A DNA stretch of 17,662 nt from Gammaproteobacteria bacterium. GTDB taxonomy: Bacteria > Pseudomonadota > Gammaproteobacteria > GCA-001735895. Position 1 is the stretch's first letter, and each line of letters opens with the position of its first letter. The notes below the pieces were generated by a model. It was not told where the DNA came from and did not search any database. It worked only from the letters and a program-made list of their open reading frames with translations. A program made the position numbers and the translations under genes. Location: the NCBI GenBank assembly GCA_050298595.1, contig JBNKUM010000097.1, forward strand, positions 1-17,662, read 5' to 3'. Of this stretch, positions 8,865 to 17,442 are shown piece after piece.

Positions 8865-9054
8865 TCTACGAGTTCTCCAAAACCAGCATCCAGGAAATAA
8901 ACAGATCCAGTATTCACATCTTGAACAAATGCATCCCTACTCGCTAACAATAAAAAAGTAGCTTTGTTTTCCCAGGATGAAGCCATGACCAATCTTCAAG
9001 CAATCCACCAGACTTAATATGTTCAAAATTTACGGTTAAATCGTCTGATGTTAT
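8865..9054 (-). pseudogene. N-terminal fragment of a DUF1851 / Tdi1-like (GAD-like) putative immunity protein
   Basis: ITSDDLTVNFEHIKSGGLLEDWSWL..(frameshift near the A6 run at 8952-8957)..LLLASRDAFVQDVNTGSVYFLDAGFGELVE resembles the recalled pattern IT..DLTVNF.H.....LL.DW.WL...LP.L..A.GDAF.QD...G.V.FLD.G.GEL. No start codon. It runs into the next ORF. Confidence 0.6.
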
Positions 9055-9192
9055 TTATCTATCCATAGGGGTAACAGTTGTATTAAGGAGACCGTGTTTC
9101 TCGCTAATACATTTTCAATGAGACCTGTTTATAACACTGTAAGCTACTTAAAATCAATGAGATAGCGAATCATTGCCCCGTTATACATTTCT

Positions 9193-9226
9193 AAAAAGTC
9201 ATGACACAGGTAAAACATGACTTTTT
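9193..9226. other. Perfect 11-bp inverted repeat (terminator or protein-binding site)
   Basis: AAAAAGTCATG-N12-CATGACTTTTT, about 150 bp downstream of the yraN stop. Confidence 0.5.
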
Positions 9227-9376
9227 TGGAGGTATGAGGTATCTAAGCTGATTCAGGGATTGTTAACGGCCGAGTATGGCTCACCAGAAGACTGTACTCA
9301 TAACCCTGGAACGATTGTTTCAAGGAAGGGAGCGCTCACATTCTGACCTTCAATAAGTACTGACGACCCCAAACGG

Positions 9377-9781
9377 TCATTTGCCCTGATAAAGGTTAGC
9401 GCTGAATACATCCTGTATCCAGTTGATCTTAAAGGGTTGGTCAATACCGGGCTCGACGAGCAACGCATCAAAACGCATTGAGTATTTGAGGTATTTATTT
9501 TGATGGTTAACAAAGCTTGACGCAGTCTTGATTATTTTCTGCTGCATTGATGCGGGTATGCCATAGTCTGTGCTATCAAAATCCTGGCTTCTTCGGTATT
9601 CAACATCTATAAAGCATAAAGTATCACCATCTAGCATGATTAGGTCGATTTCTCCCGCTCGGCTTAGATAATTCTTGGCGACTACTTTTAGGCCCCTGGC
9701 TTTCAGCCAGCGTAGTGCAGCATTCTCTAAAAATACGCCTTTATTATTAATTGTATTCCTGGAATTCAATTTATAACTCAT
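9377..9781 (-). CDS. yraN: YraN family (UPF0102) protein
   Basis: G..LENAALRWLKARGLKVVAKNY...GEIDLIMLDGDTLCFIDVEYR...QQKIIKTA...MRFD...INWIQDVF. ATG 9781 is preferred over the ORF-track start at 9823. Confidence 0.88.
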   Translation of the reverse strand: MSYKLNSRNTINNKGVFLENAALRWLKARGLKVVAKNYLSRAGEIDLIMLDGDTLCFIDVEYRRSQDFDSTDYGIPASMQQKIIKTASSFVNHQNKYLKYSMRFDALLVEPGIDQPFKINWIQDVFSANLYQGK

Positions 9782-10220
9782 GCCTGCTCTGATGTAGCTA
9801 TTGGAAAGCACTATAACGCGCAAACCATCTCTTTTTTGTTATCGCTAAGTTTTTAAGCAATCCGTTCAAAATGGCGTATGGTTCACAAGACTCAACACCT
9901 TTGAATTCGCGTTCCATATTGCATTACTTTAACAACAATCTTAGTGACAAGTAAATTGCAGTTATTGGCACTTAGCCGCCTGGTGCAATACGACTATGAG
10001 TGATGGCTGTTGAGTAAATCCTCCATCTAAGAGACTTTAATCTATCTACAAACCCTAAAATATTACAAGACCTTCGCTGTTTAGCAGAATTTTTTCAAAT
10101 TCAGGAATATGGTAGAGATCTTAGAACGATTCTTGATATTCATGCCAGAAATATCCAGCCTGGTTTTTGTTTAGACTACATAAAGTATTGAACTACTGGA
10201 ATACAAACACGGATTTCAGG

Positions 10221-10514
10221 TTTTAAGTTGGGAGACAGGCGAGCAAGCAGCTATATCAATTCCAGGTTTCTTCCCGCTTCTCACTCTAAACGACGAGAGG
10301 ATTGGATACGATTTAAATAGCAGTAAATAAATAGTTTGAGAATCGTCAAAGGATGATCGGCTGGTTGAGTGTTAAAACCGATTATCGATAAATCCAGCAT
10401 GACCATGAAGACGTCGACGATACTGAGCGAATGTTCTTCCGTGATGTAATCATCTAAAAGTTCAGGAAATAAAGTGGCTTACCATCAGGCTTCGCCCGCG
10501 ATGAATCCGCTTAT
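10221..10514 (-). pseudogene. IS1182-family transposase N-terminal (DUF772) relic
   Basis: One frame with four stops: (I)SGFIAGEA*W*ATLFPELLDDYITEEH...LDL..IGF..QPADHPLTILKLFIYCYLNRIQSSRRLE*EAGRNLELI*LLARLSPNLK. The YLNRIQSSRRLE motif is typical of IS1182. Possible degenerate left IR near 10561-10577. Confidence 0.88.
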
Positions 10515-10642
10515 TGGTTTACCTGATGGTTTGAAAAAGTAGCTATATTCTTTGAGCTGAATTTCTACACTCTCTGGATATGTTGCTTTCTTTCCTTGCA
10601 GGCTTTTCTATTGCTCAGAATTAATACTCGATTTTTAACGAC

Positions 10643-12043
10643 TCAATAGTCCTGATTAGAATAGAGACTCACCCGAATCCGCTGATTTTGAGCTGCAACT
10701 TTATTCCACTCACCCGCTGTGTTGACATTATAAAGAGCCGGATAGGGTGTTAATGCATCGTTGAAGCCACTACTGGACAGAAGAATCTCCAACTCTCCGC
10801 CGCTCCGGCCCATTTCCACATTTAAATAGTTTGCGAAGGCGACCGATTGATCATTCAGCCCCTCATTATTACCGCCAATATCCGCCGCAAAAAGGCACTC
10901 ATTAACATCAAGCCCAGCTTTCGCTATTGATAGCTCCCCTGCATCACTCTTTTCAAGGCAAAAATTGCCATAGGTAGCGCGCAATTCGATGCTGCCTCGA
11001 AAACCTGCTTCCTTGAGTTGACCCACCAGCTCTGAGATCCAAAGCGCACGCTTATCACCGAAGGGCCTCTCACCATAACCAAATTCAGCCCCTTGATTTA
11101 CTGCCCACTCAATCAACTTGATCGGGACAGGTGGGTTGTTTTCAGCCTGGATGTCATACACCCCCACATTGAGACGCTCTGTTAGTAACTCAATCTTATC
11201 ACCCTGGGTCTTTATCAGCCCTTTAATTTCTTGGCTGAACTCACGCTGGGAGAGAGATATATTTTGAGGGTCGATCGGTGAAAATGCCAGGAAATAGTAG
11301 ACCAGTATGAACCCTGCGAATAGAAACAGCAGGCTTAAGATTCCCAGCAGTTGACCATGCCTTGTTCGACTTTCCGATTCCAGCTGTACTGCCTCTAGCT
11401 CAGACAACTCACCTTGCAACTCTGCAATGTGTTTTTCAATCATCTCCTCTATACGCTTCTCTGACTGGCTCTGTTCACGATGAATAAACCGCCTTAATGA
11501 GTCGTCACCGTTTCCAAAATCTTGAAAGTCATCCATCGGTAGGCTAAGAAGCTCAACAGGTGCAATTTTTTTCCGACCATGCTCATCGATCGAGTGAATA
11601 TTACCTCTATTTCCGATAACACCCGCATTGTCGAGTTCGGAATCCTCAAAACCATGCACCAAAGACTCTTGATCAGGCATCAAATGAAGTGTAGTTAAAA
11701 TTTCCTGAAGATCATGTGGCTCAAGTTGTTTTGGTAACACGCCCACTGCACCGAGAGCCCTTGCCTGGCTAACTTCAATCCCTTCCACCTTTGAGGTGTA
11801 CATCATAATCGGAATCAGTGCTGTGTGAGGATTGGATTTGATGATTTTTAGTGCTTGAAAGCCATCCATCCCCGGCATTTCATAATCCATGAAGATGGCG
11901 TCAGGGGTGTTTTCATAGAGGTAATCGATGGCTGCGGCGGCTGATTCCATCGCGTCCACGACAATACCATAGTTTGATAGTTTGCTCGACAGAACCCTTC
12001 TTGCAGTTTTTGAGTCGTCAACGATGAGCGCGCGTTTGGTCAA
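10643..12043 (-). CDS. Receiver (REC) domain protein with one TM helix and a C-terminal extracytoplasmic domain
   Basis: ALIVDDS...IFMDYEMPGMDG...IMMYTS...GAVGVLPK gives a full receiver signature. It is followed by an acidic linker and coiled coil, TM LLGILSLLFLFAGFILVYYFL, and about 210 aa of C-terminal sequence. TTG start. Confidence 0.9.
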   Translation of the reverse strand: MTKRALIVDDSKTARRVLSSKLSNYGIVVDAMESAAAAIDYLYENTPDAIFMDYEMPGMDGFQALKIIKSNPHTALIPIMMYTSKVEGIEVSQARALGAVGVLPKQLEPHDLQEILTTLHLMPDQESLVHGFEDSELDNAGVIGNRGNIHSIDEHGRKKIAPVELLSLPMDDFQDFGNGDDSLRRFIHREQSQSEKRIEEMIEKHIAELQGELSELEAVQLESESRTRHGQLLGILSLLFLFAGFILVYYFLAFSPIDPQNISLSQREFSQEIKGLIKTQGDKIELLTERLNVGVYDIQAENNPPVPIKLIEWAVNQGAEFGYGERPFGDKRALWISELVGQLKEAGFRGSIELRATYGNFCLEKSDAGELSIAKAGLDVNECLFAADIGGNNEGLNDQSVAFANYLNVEMGRSGGELEILLSSSGFNDALTPYPALYNVNTAGEWNKVAAQNQRIRVSLYSNQDY

Positions 12044-12361
12044 TGATTTAAGGCTGCACAGATGTGCTGCTATCCCCTACAGTTTTTTTATAAGAATAAG
12101 AAGTATAAAAGCCCAATCTGCCAATATCAACCCGATAAATACGATCCACTAAGTGTCCTTTTTCACAGTAATTTATTGATTGCCTGAAAAATTCGACTAC
12201 TTCTGTGCATCTGTTATCACTTTCAACTAAAAATCATTATTGCCCATAGGTAACAGGCCTGAATATTTTACGCATAAACAGGTGTTTTTCTGTGATCTGA
12301 GATAACTCAAATACTTACAATAGGTCTTTTGATATATCGCGAGAGTATCTATGAGTTTTTT

Positions 12362-13090
12362 CACATTCTTGATGTAGTAAAAGCCTTCAGCATCAAAAGC
12401 ATCTGCGGTTTTAAGCGGTCCACCCGAGTGGCCTGGTATGATAGAGGGGGTGTGTACGCGTAGTTCGGTTTTAACACCGTGAGGTGGTAGTTTAAATTCG
12501 ACACTAACTGCAGGAAGTCCTACCAGACAGGGTTGTTTGATGGGGTCGATAGGACAGGTGGTGAAGGGCGCGTTTTAGTTGGCGCTGTAACTAGGAATGA
12601 TCAGGGGTTATTCGCCTACGATTTCAACCGAGATTTCTTCCAGTTGAGTGAATACGTGAGCAGACAGACCTGTGCCAGAGTACTGGAGTAACTTCAGATG
12701 AGAAAAGAAACTTTTTCGTAATTCAGGTTTTTTTCATTTCTGCAACGAGTAACTCAAACCCCTCGGGTACATTGAAGTGCAGGGTGGCAGCTATATCGAG
12801 CAGGTTTTAAGAGAATGATGCATCAACTTAGATGATGGTTTTTCTTCGTCGATGGATAGTGTTCTGCCGTTTTATAGAAACAGCCCAAAGTTATGATTGG
12901 AGTGCCGTATGCGTTGGGTCTTGATCACGCCTTTAGGCATGCCGGTTGAACCGGAAGTAATCAGGAGTCTGGCAAATAGTGTCGGATGTGATTGATGCCT
13001 CGGCTGCTGCCAGCTATTCGTTCGGGGTAGTGGCCAGTGAGTTAGCAAGACTGAAACCGCAGCAATAAGTTCGTCTATATTCGTCAGGAT
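12362..13090 (-). pseudogene. fcs: Feruloyl-CoA synthetase-like acyl-CoA ligase relic (heavily decayed)
   Basis: Minus strand, across stops and frameshifts: ITSDTI/ARLLITSGSTGMPKGVIKTQR..SNHNFGLFL*NGRTLSIDEEKP..LHFNVPEGFE..LRKSFFSHL...LVGLPAVSVEFKL..KTELRV..KTADAFDAEGFY. This matches the Fcs-type AMP-binding enzyme. Both ends are lost and boundaries are approximate. Confidence 0.82.
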
Positions 13091-13168
13091 TACCTGCTAT
13101 TTATAAAAAAGATAGCAAAGTGCAGCTCCACAGATCAGGATTGAGAAGAGTAATAGCAATCAGCATGC

Positions 13169-15011
13169 GTGAAAACAGAAACAAGAAAAGTTAGCACTCC
13201 GACAGTCACGCCAGCGCCAACTCCAACACCCATCTCCAAAGCAGTACCGGTTCCCAGTGGAGGTGTTTCGATAATTAATAGTTCGCTTGAGTCTGCTGGC
13301 TTCTGGGCAGGTAATGCTGCAGATGGTGGTGATGTAGCCTCACGTTCAGTGGTTGATGTTACTCACAGCGCGTTTTCTCAAGCGACTCGAATTGCGGTTA
13401 CTGACCCCACAGGGAAATTATGGAATGGTCAGTTGTCGTTTCCAACTATTGCCGATGTCAGTGTGAATGATGTGCTGCTTATCCACTTTTATTTTCGCTC
13501 AGTGACCAATACCTATGAGTCTGTTGCCAGCTTTGTCACGGCATTTATCGAGGACAAAGACTGCAATAAATATGTTTCGCGCTAAGTGAGTGCATCGACG
13601 GACTGGCAGGAATACTTTTTTCCGCTGCGCGTTACTGATAACGAGGCGCAAAACCAACTGGCGCTCAGGTTTGGTTTTGGTGCTGGCGACCGGGCACAAA
13701 CCTTCGACATTAACGCTGTGGAGTTGCTTAGCTTCGGATCGTCAGTAGTCATTGAAGATCTGCCGGTGACCCTCCCCCAGTTATGATGACCGCAGTGTCG
13801 ATGCTTCATGGCGTGCGGAAGCAGCCGCAGGCATCGAACAGTATCGCAAAGGCGATTTTACCTTGAATATTGTCGATAGCTCCGGCAACCCTGCTAGCTA
13901 TGCCGCGCTAGAGGTGCGATTCAAGCAACATACCTACCATTTTGGTTCGGTGACTGTTGGCCATATTCTGGTAAGCGATAGTACCGATGCACAGATATAC
14001 CGAGCAAAGGTGCTAGAACTGTTTAATCAGAGTGGCCCCGAGAATGATCTGAAATGGGGGCCGTGGGATGGAGAGTGGGGCAGCGATTATGCCCGGGAAC
14101 AAACTCTTGCCGGTTTGAAGTGGCTGCGAGATAATGGTTTGTATACGCGAGGACACGTTATGGTGTGGCCTTCTAAGCGTAACCTGCCATTGTCGATGCA
14201 ATGTTACTTACCCGATAACCCTGCCGATGCCGATCCCCAGGCCAAGCAGGCGGTATTGGATCATATTGACGATATAGCACAGGCAACGTCATCTTATCTG
14301 GATGAGTGGGATGTGTTGAATGAGCCTTACGATAATCATTATCTTATGAATGCTTTTGGTGATTCGGTGATGATGGACTGGTTTAACCGGGCATGAACCA
14401 ACTTGCCTGAGCATAAATTGTTTATTAACGATTACTCTATTCTGTCAGCTCAGGGGCGAAATTTTGCGCATCAGGATCACTATCAAAAAACGATTCAGAT
14501 TCTGGTAAATAACAATGCACCTATCAACGGTATTGGTCTGCAGAGCCATTTTTCGGAAACTCTAACCGCGATCACCACGGTATATGATATTGTCGACCAT
14601 TTCGTCAAAGCATTCCCTGGGCTGGATTTGCGTGCGACCGAGTTTGACGTAAGTACCGTATACTAAGATCTGCAGGCAGATTACACCCGAGATTTCCTAA
14701 CGATTTTCTTTAGTCACCCTGCAACGGTTGGCGTGCAGTGCTGGGGCTTTTGGGCTGGTGCCCACTGGTGTGAAAGTGTAGCTATGTACGATTTAAACTG
14801 GCGAGAAAAACCCAATGCAAAAATCTGGAAAGAGTTGATCTGTCAGCAGAGGTGGAACGATTTTGACGGGGTTAGCAATGCTCAGGGGCAGTATGGCAAT
14901 CGTGGCTTTTACGGCAAATATCAGGTAAATGTTACTGTAGGCAACGAAACAAAAACCTTTAACTTTGAATTAAAAGCGGGAGAGAGCAATGTGTTTACTC
15001 TCTTTCTTTAA
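13169..15011 (+). pseudogene. GH10 endo-1,4-beta-xylanase with N-terminal CBM-like domain, disrupted
   Basis: Five ORF pieces join into one protein: PT linker, CBM4/22-like domain, ENDLKW, RGHVMVWPS, WDVLNEP (acid/base), INDY, GIGLQSHF, ATEFD (nucleophile), WGFW. Stops at 13583, 14394 and 14664, and a frameshift near 13775-13785. No signal peptide remains. Confidence 0.92.
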
Positions 15012-15205
15012 ATAAGTAAAAATCACCCCACCGGTAAAGTCTGGGGCTTTTTTCCTGATGTCGGATGTAGAATCGATTAGCTAGCTCTTCGTGTTCTACT
15101 GTAGAGATAAAATATTCTCATATAATTTCTTTATTATCGCCTCATGTCATGGCGCATTTATGATATGGTTCTAACGTTCCTTCCAAAGAGAAGGCGTGTT
15201 TACTA

Positions 15206-16051
15206 TCAGGTCTTTGATTTATGTTTATTAACAATACTACTAACTGTTGAGTAATGTAATCCGAAGTAATCCCCAATCATCTTGAGGGTATATCCACCAC
15301 TTCTATAGGCCTCGAAGATTGCTGCATCGCGACTCTTCGCCCTTTTTTCGTAGTACGCTAACTCTTTTGGTGCAGGCCTTTTCTTGGATGATGGTATTTC
15401 AATCAGCTCCCGATCTTGTTCTATGTGCTCTTGCAACCGGGTAACAAATTCATCGTCACCAAGATAAATCTGGTTGCGTAATTGTTCCCAGGGAGAGGGC
15501 TGCTTTTTTCCTTCAGTGATAAACTGTTTATATAGCTCCCGGGCTCGGGATTTTCTTTTGCCGAATGAAGCCAATAACTCATCAGTTTGTAAGTTCATCG
15601 GTCCAGGTGCCTGTCCTGCAGTCGCCCGGTAACTGCTCCAGGGCCATTCCCTGGCCGACCGAACAATCTGGGCTCGTACCGGGTTGAGTACGATATAACG
15701 TGCTAATTCCTGCAAATAGCTTTGCTTGTCCACAATTATGGCCTTGTAGCGTCCCTGAAAGACATGGCCTGCCCGATTATGTGCTCGATTAAACTGCTGC
15801 GTGTAGATGCCATTTAATTGCCGCATACCCTTACTGAGATTAGCATCGGGTGTTTCGATTAGAAGATGGAAGTGGTTGCTCATCAGGCAATAAGCATGAC
15901 AAATCCAATTATGGGTTCCAGCGATCTTATCAAGCAGGTCGATAAACAGTTTACAGTCTGAATCATCTTCGTATATATCATCCTCGCGATTACCGCGCGA
16001 AGTAATGTGATACAGGGCTCCTGCATACTCAAGTCTTAGTGGTCGGGCCAT
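15206..16051 (-). CDS. Y1 HUH transposase (IS200/IS605 Y1_Tnp, RAYT-like) with C-terminal HTH
   Basis: MARPLRLEYAGALYHITSRGN, AYCLMSNHFHLL (HUH), GHVFQGRYK, RYIVLNPVRA (catalytic Tyr), WPWSSY and C-terminal YTLKMIGDYFGLHYSTVSSIV. Confidence 0.93.
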   Translation of the reverse strand: MARPLRLEYAGALYHITSRGNREDDIYEDDSDCKLFIDLLDKIAGTHNWICHAYCLMSNHFHLLIETPDANLSKGMRQLNGIYTQQFNRAHNRAGHVFQGRYKAIIVDKQSYLQELARYIVLNPVRAQIVRSAREWPWSSYRATAGQAPGPMNLQTDELLASFGKRKSRARELYKQFITEGKKQPSPWEQLRNQIYLGDDEFVTRLQEHIEQDRELIEIPSSKKRPAPKELAYYEKRAKSRDAAIFEAYRSGGYTLKMIGDYFGLHYSTVSSIVNKHKSKT

Positions 16052-16657
16052 AGTGAAGAAAATCCGTAAGAAATTTTGACAAATTTAACAGAATTCGGGT
16101 CAAAGTTGAAGACCATTAACACATCATTACTCCACTGATTTTAGCTGCCATTACTCAGGTTGATGCAGCAGTCAGCATCAGGAATATGATTGATCAGTGG
16201 AGGTATGTATTCGCTTCGGTTTATCCAATAACAGGTTTTGACAGGCTATGCCTGGAGTTGGATTTAGACTTTTTTGACCTTAGCGGTAAATGCGGTATGA
16301 AATAGCCGACATTGGTTGTGTTTGCTTTAATATGCCACTGGGTGTTAAAGGGCTAAGACGCCCTCACAGTAGCGTGACTCAGCAGCAAGGATATTTTCTT
16401 CTCTTAAAACAGTGGCTCTTATATAGTTAAAAGGGGCAGAGATGGGCTTTACGCTGATGTTGCACACCTTGGGTTTGGCGATTACCGGTGTTTGCTCCTG
16501 CTAAACTGGCATATATACCAGGCTATGGCAAAAAAGCATTATCACCTGCGGTTTCCTCCCCAGATACCTGTCTAACTCTGCCCCTGATATCTGTGCTAAT
16601 CTGGACGAGCATTGCTTCGTGTGCAGATGTCAGACAACCCTTAACAGAAGGGGGCAT

Positions 16658-16707
16658 AGTCAATATTCTTTACAACTATAAAGTACATATTGTCAATATA
16701 TTTTACA
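16658..16707 (+). promoter_or_regulatory. Tandem enhancer-binding-protein boxes (PrsR-type, TGT-N11-ACA-like)
   Basis: AGTCAATATTCTTTACA (16658-16674) and TGTCAATATATTTTACA (16691-16707), 33 bp apart, upstream of a sigma-54 motif and a PEP-CTERM gene. Confidence 0.65.
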
Positions 16708-16770
16708 TTTTCCCGGTTATTCATAATTATGGTCAGGCAATCTATTGTATTTTTTCGGGAATACTAATTA

Positions 16771-16786
16771 TGGATCTATTTATGCA
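16771..16786 (+). promoter_or_regulatory. Sigma-54 -24/-12 promoter
   Basis: TGGATCTATTTATGCA: GG(16772-3)-N10-GC(16784-5), 40 bp before the ATG at 16826. The match to TGGCAC-N5-TTGC is imperfect. Confidence 0.55.
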
Positions 16787-16825
16787 TATCTCTTAGGTGT
16801 AAGTAGTAATATGAGGTTAGTAGTA

Positions 16826-17389
16826 ATGTTTAAAAAATATTTGATAGTTGTAGCAATGATAGGTGGATTAGGATTTTCAATGCCTTCGTGGTCATTGATT
16901 ATAAACTCTATCGATGTTGGTTCGGTTGATACAATAAAAGGGGTAACCGATGACTTAAATCTAAATCCCGTAGGAAGCTGTGGGACAGGTTCTGATCCAA
17001 TCAGTGAAGAATGCTGGGCAGAAAATGTTCTTGGTGGAGGTATAGATGTAAATTTTTCAGGTAAGGAAGAGACTGTTGATGTTATGTACAATGTTGGCAA
17101 CACTATTGTGGCATTTGAATTAAAAACAGGCCCTGGATTTTACATAGTTAAAAATGCCCAAACATGGATTCTGATGGAAAACAATCTGTCTATTGACTAT
17201 GGTGTTCTTGATTTGACAGATTCTGCACTTACTGGCTTTCAATTAAATTTAGGTAAAAATGACCAGTTAACAATAAGCCACGTTACAGAATTTGATGGTT
17301 CTAGAGATGTCACAGAGCCTTCGATTCTTGCCTTATTTGGCGCAGGCCTCCTGGGTTTTGCTTTTTCCCTGAGAAGAAAGCAACGTTAA
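16826..17389 (+). CDS. PEP-CTERM sorting-domain protein (exosortase substrate), 187 aa
   Basis: Signal peptide MFKKYLIVVAMIGGLGFSMPSWS. C-terminal VTEPSILALFGAGLLGFAFSLRRKQR gives motif + TM + basic tail. RBS GAGGT at 16813-16817. Confidence 0.9.
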   Translation: MFKKYLIVVAMIGGLGFSMPSWSLIINSIDVGSVDTIKGVTDDLNLNPVGSCGTGSDPISEECWAENVLGGGIDVNFSGKEETVDVMYNVGNTIVAFELKTGPGFYIVKNAQTWILMENNLSIDYGVLDLTDSALTGFQLNLGKNDQLTISHVTEFDGSRDVTEPSILALFGAGLLGFAFSLRRKQR

Positions 17390-17414
17390 TAATTAATTGA
17401 AGCAGCCTTCACTG

Positions 17415-17442
17415 AAGCCACCTCAATTGAGGTGGCTTTTTT
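17415..17442 (+). terminator. Rho-independent terminator
   Basis: AAGCCACCTC-AATT-GAGGTGGCTT followed by a T-run, 25 bp after the PEP-CTERM stop. Confidence 0.88.

Noticed and set aside
9124-9140. LexA box as expected at an intI promoter (CTGTTTATAACACTG)
   Set aside because: Does not fit CTG-N10-CAG. Only one half-site matches.
5261-9513. ORFs 5261-5488, 6515-6802, 6720-6941, 7286-7504, 7970-8170, 8687-8947 and 9298-9513
   Set aside because: They overlap better-supported genes or relics in other frames and carry no motifs.
13169-15011. Alternative genetic code or stop read-through explaining the split genes
   Set aside because: All three stop types and frameshifts occur in the relics, while intact genes end normally in TAA, TAG or TGA.
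13499-17103. ORFs 13499-13699, 13582-13809, 14013-14201, 16488-16796 and 16780-17103
   Set aside because: Antisense to the xylanase or PEP-CTERM gene, or spanning the promoter region.
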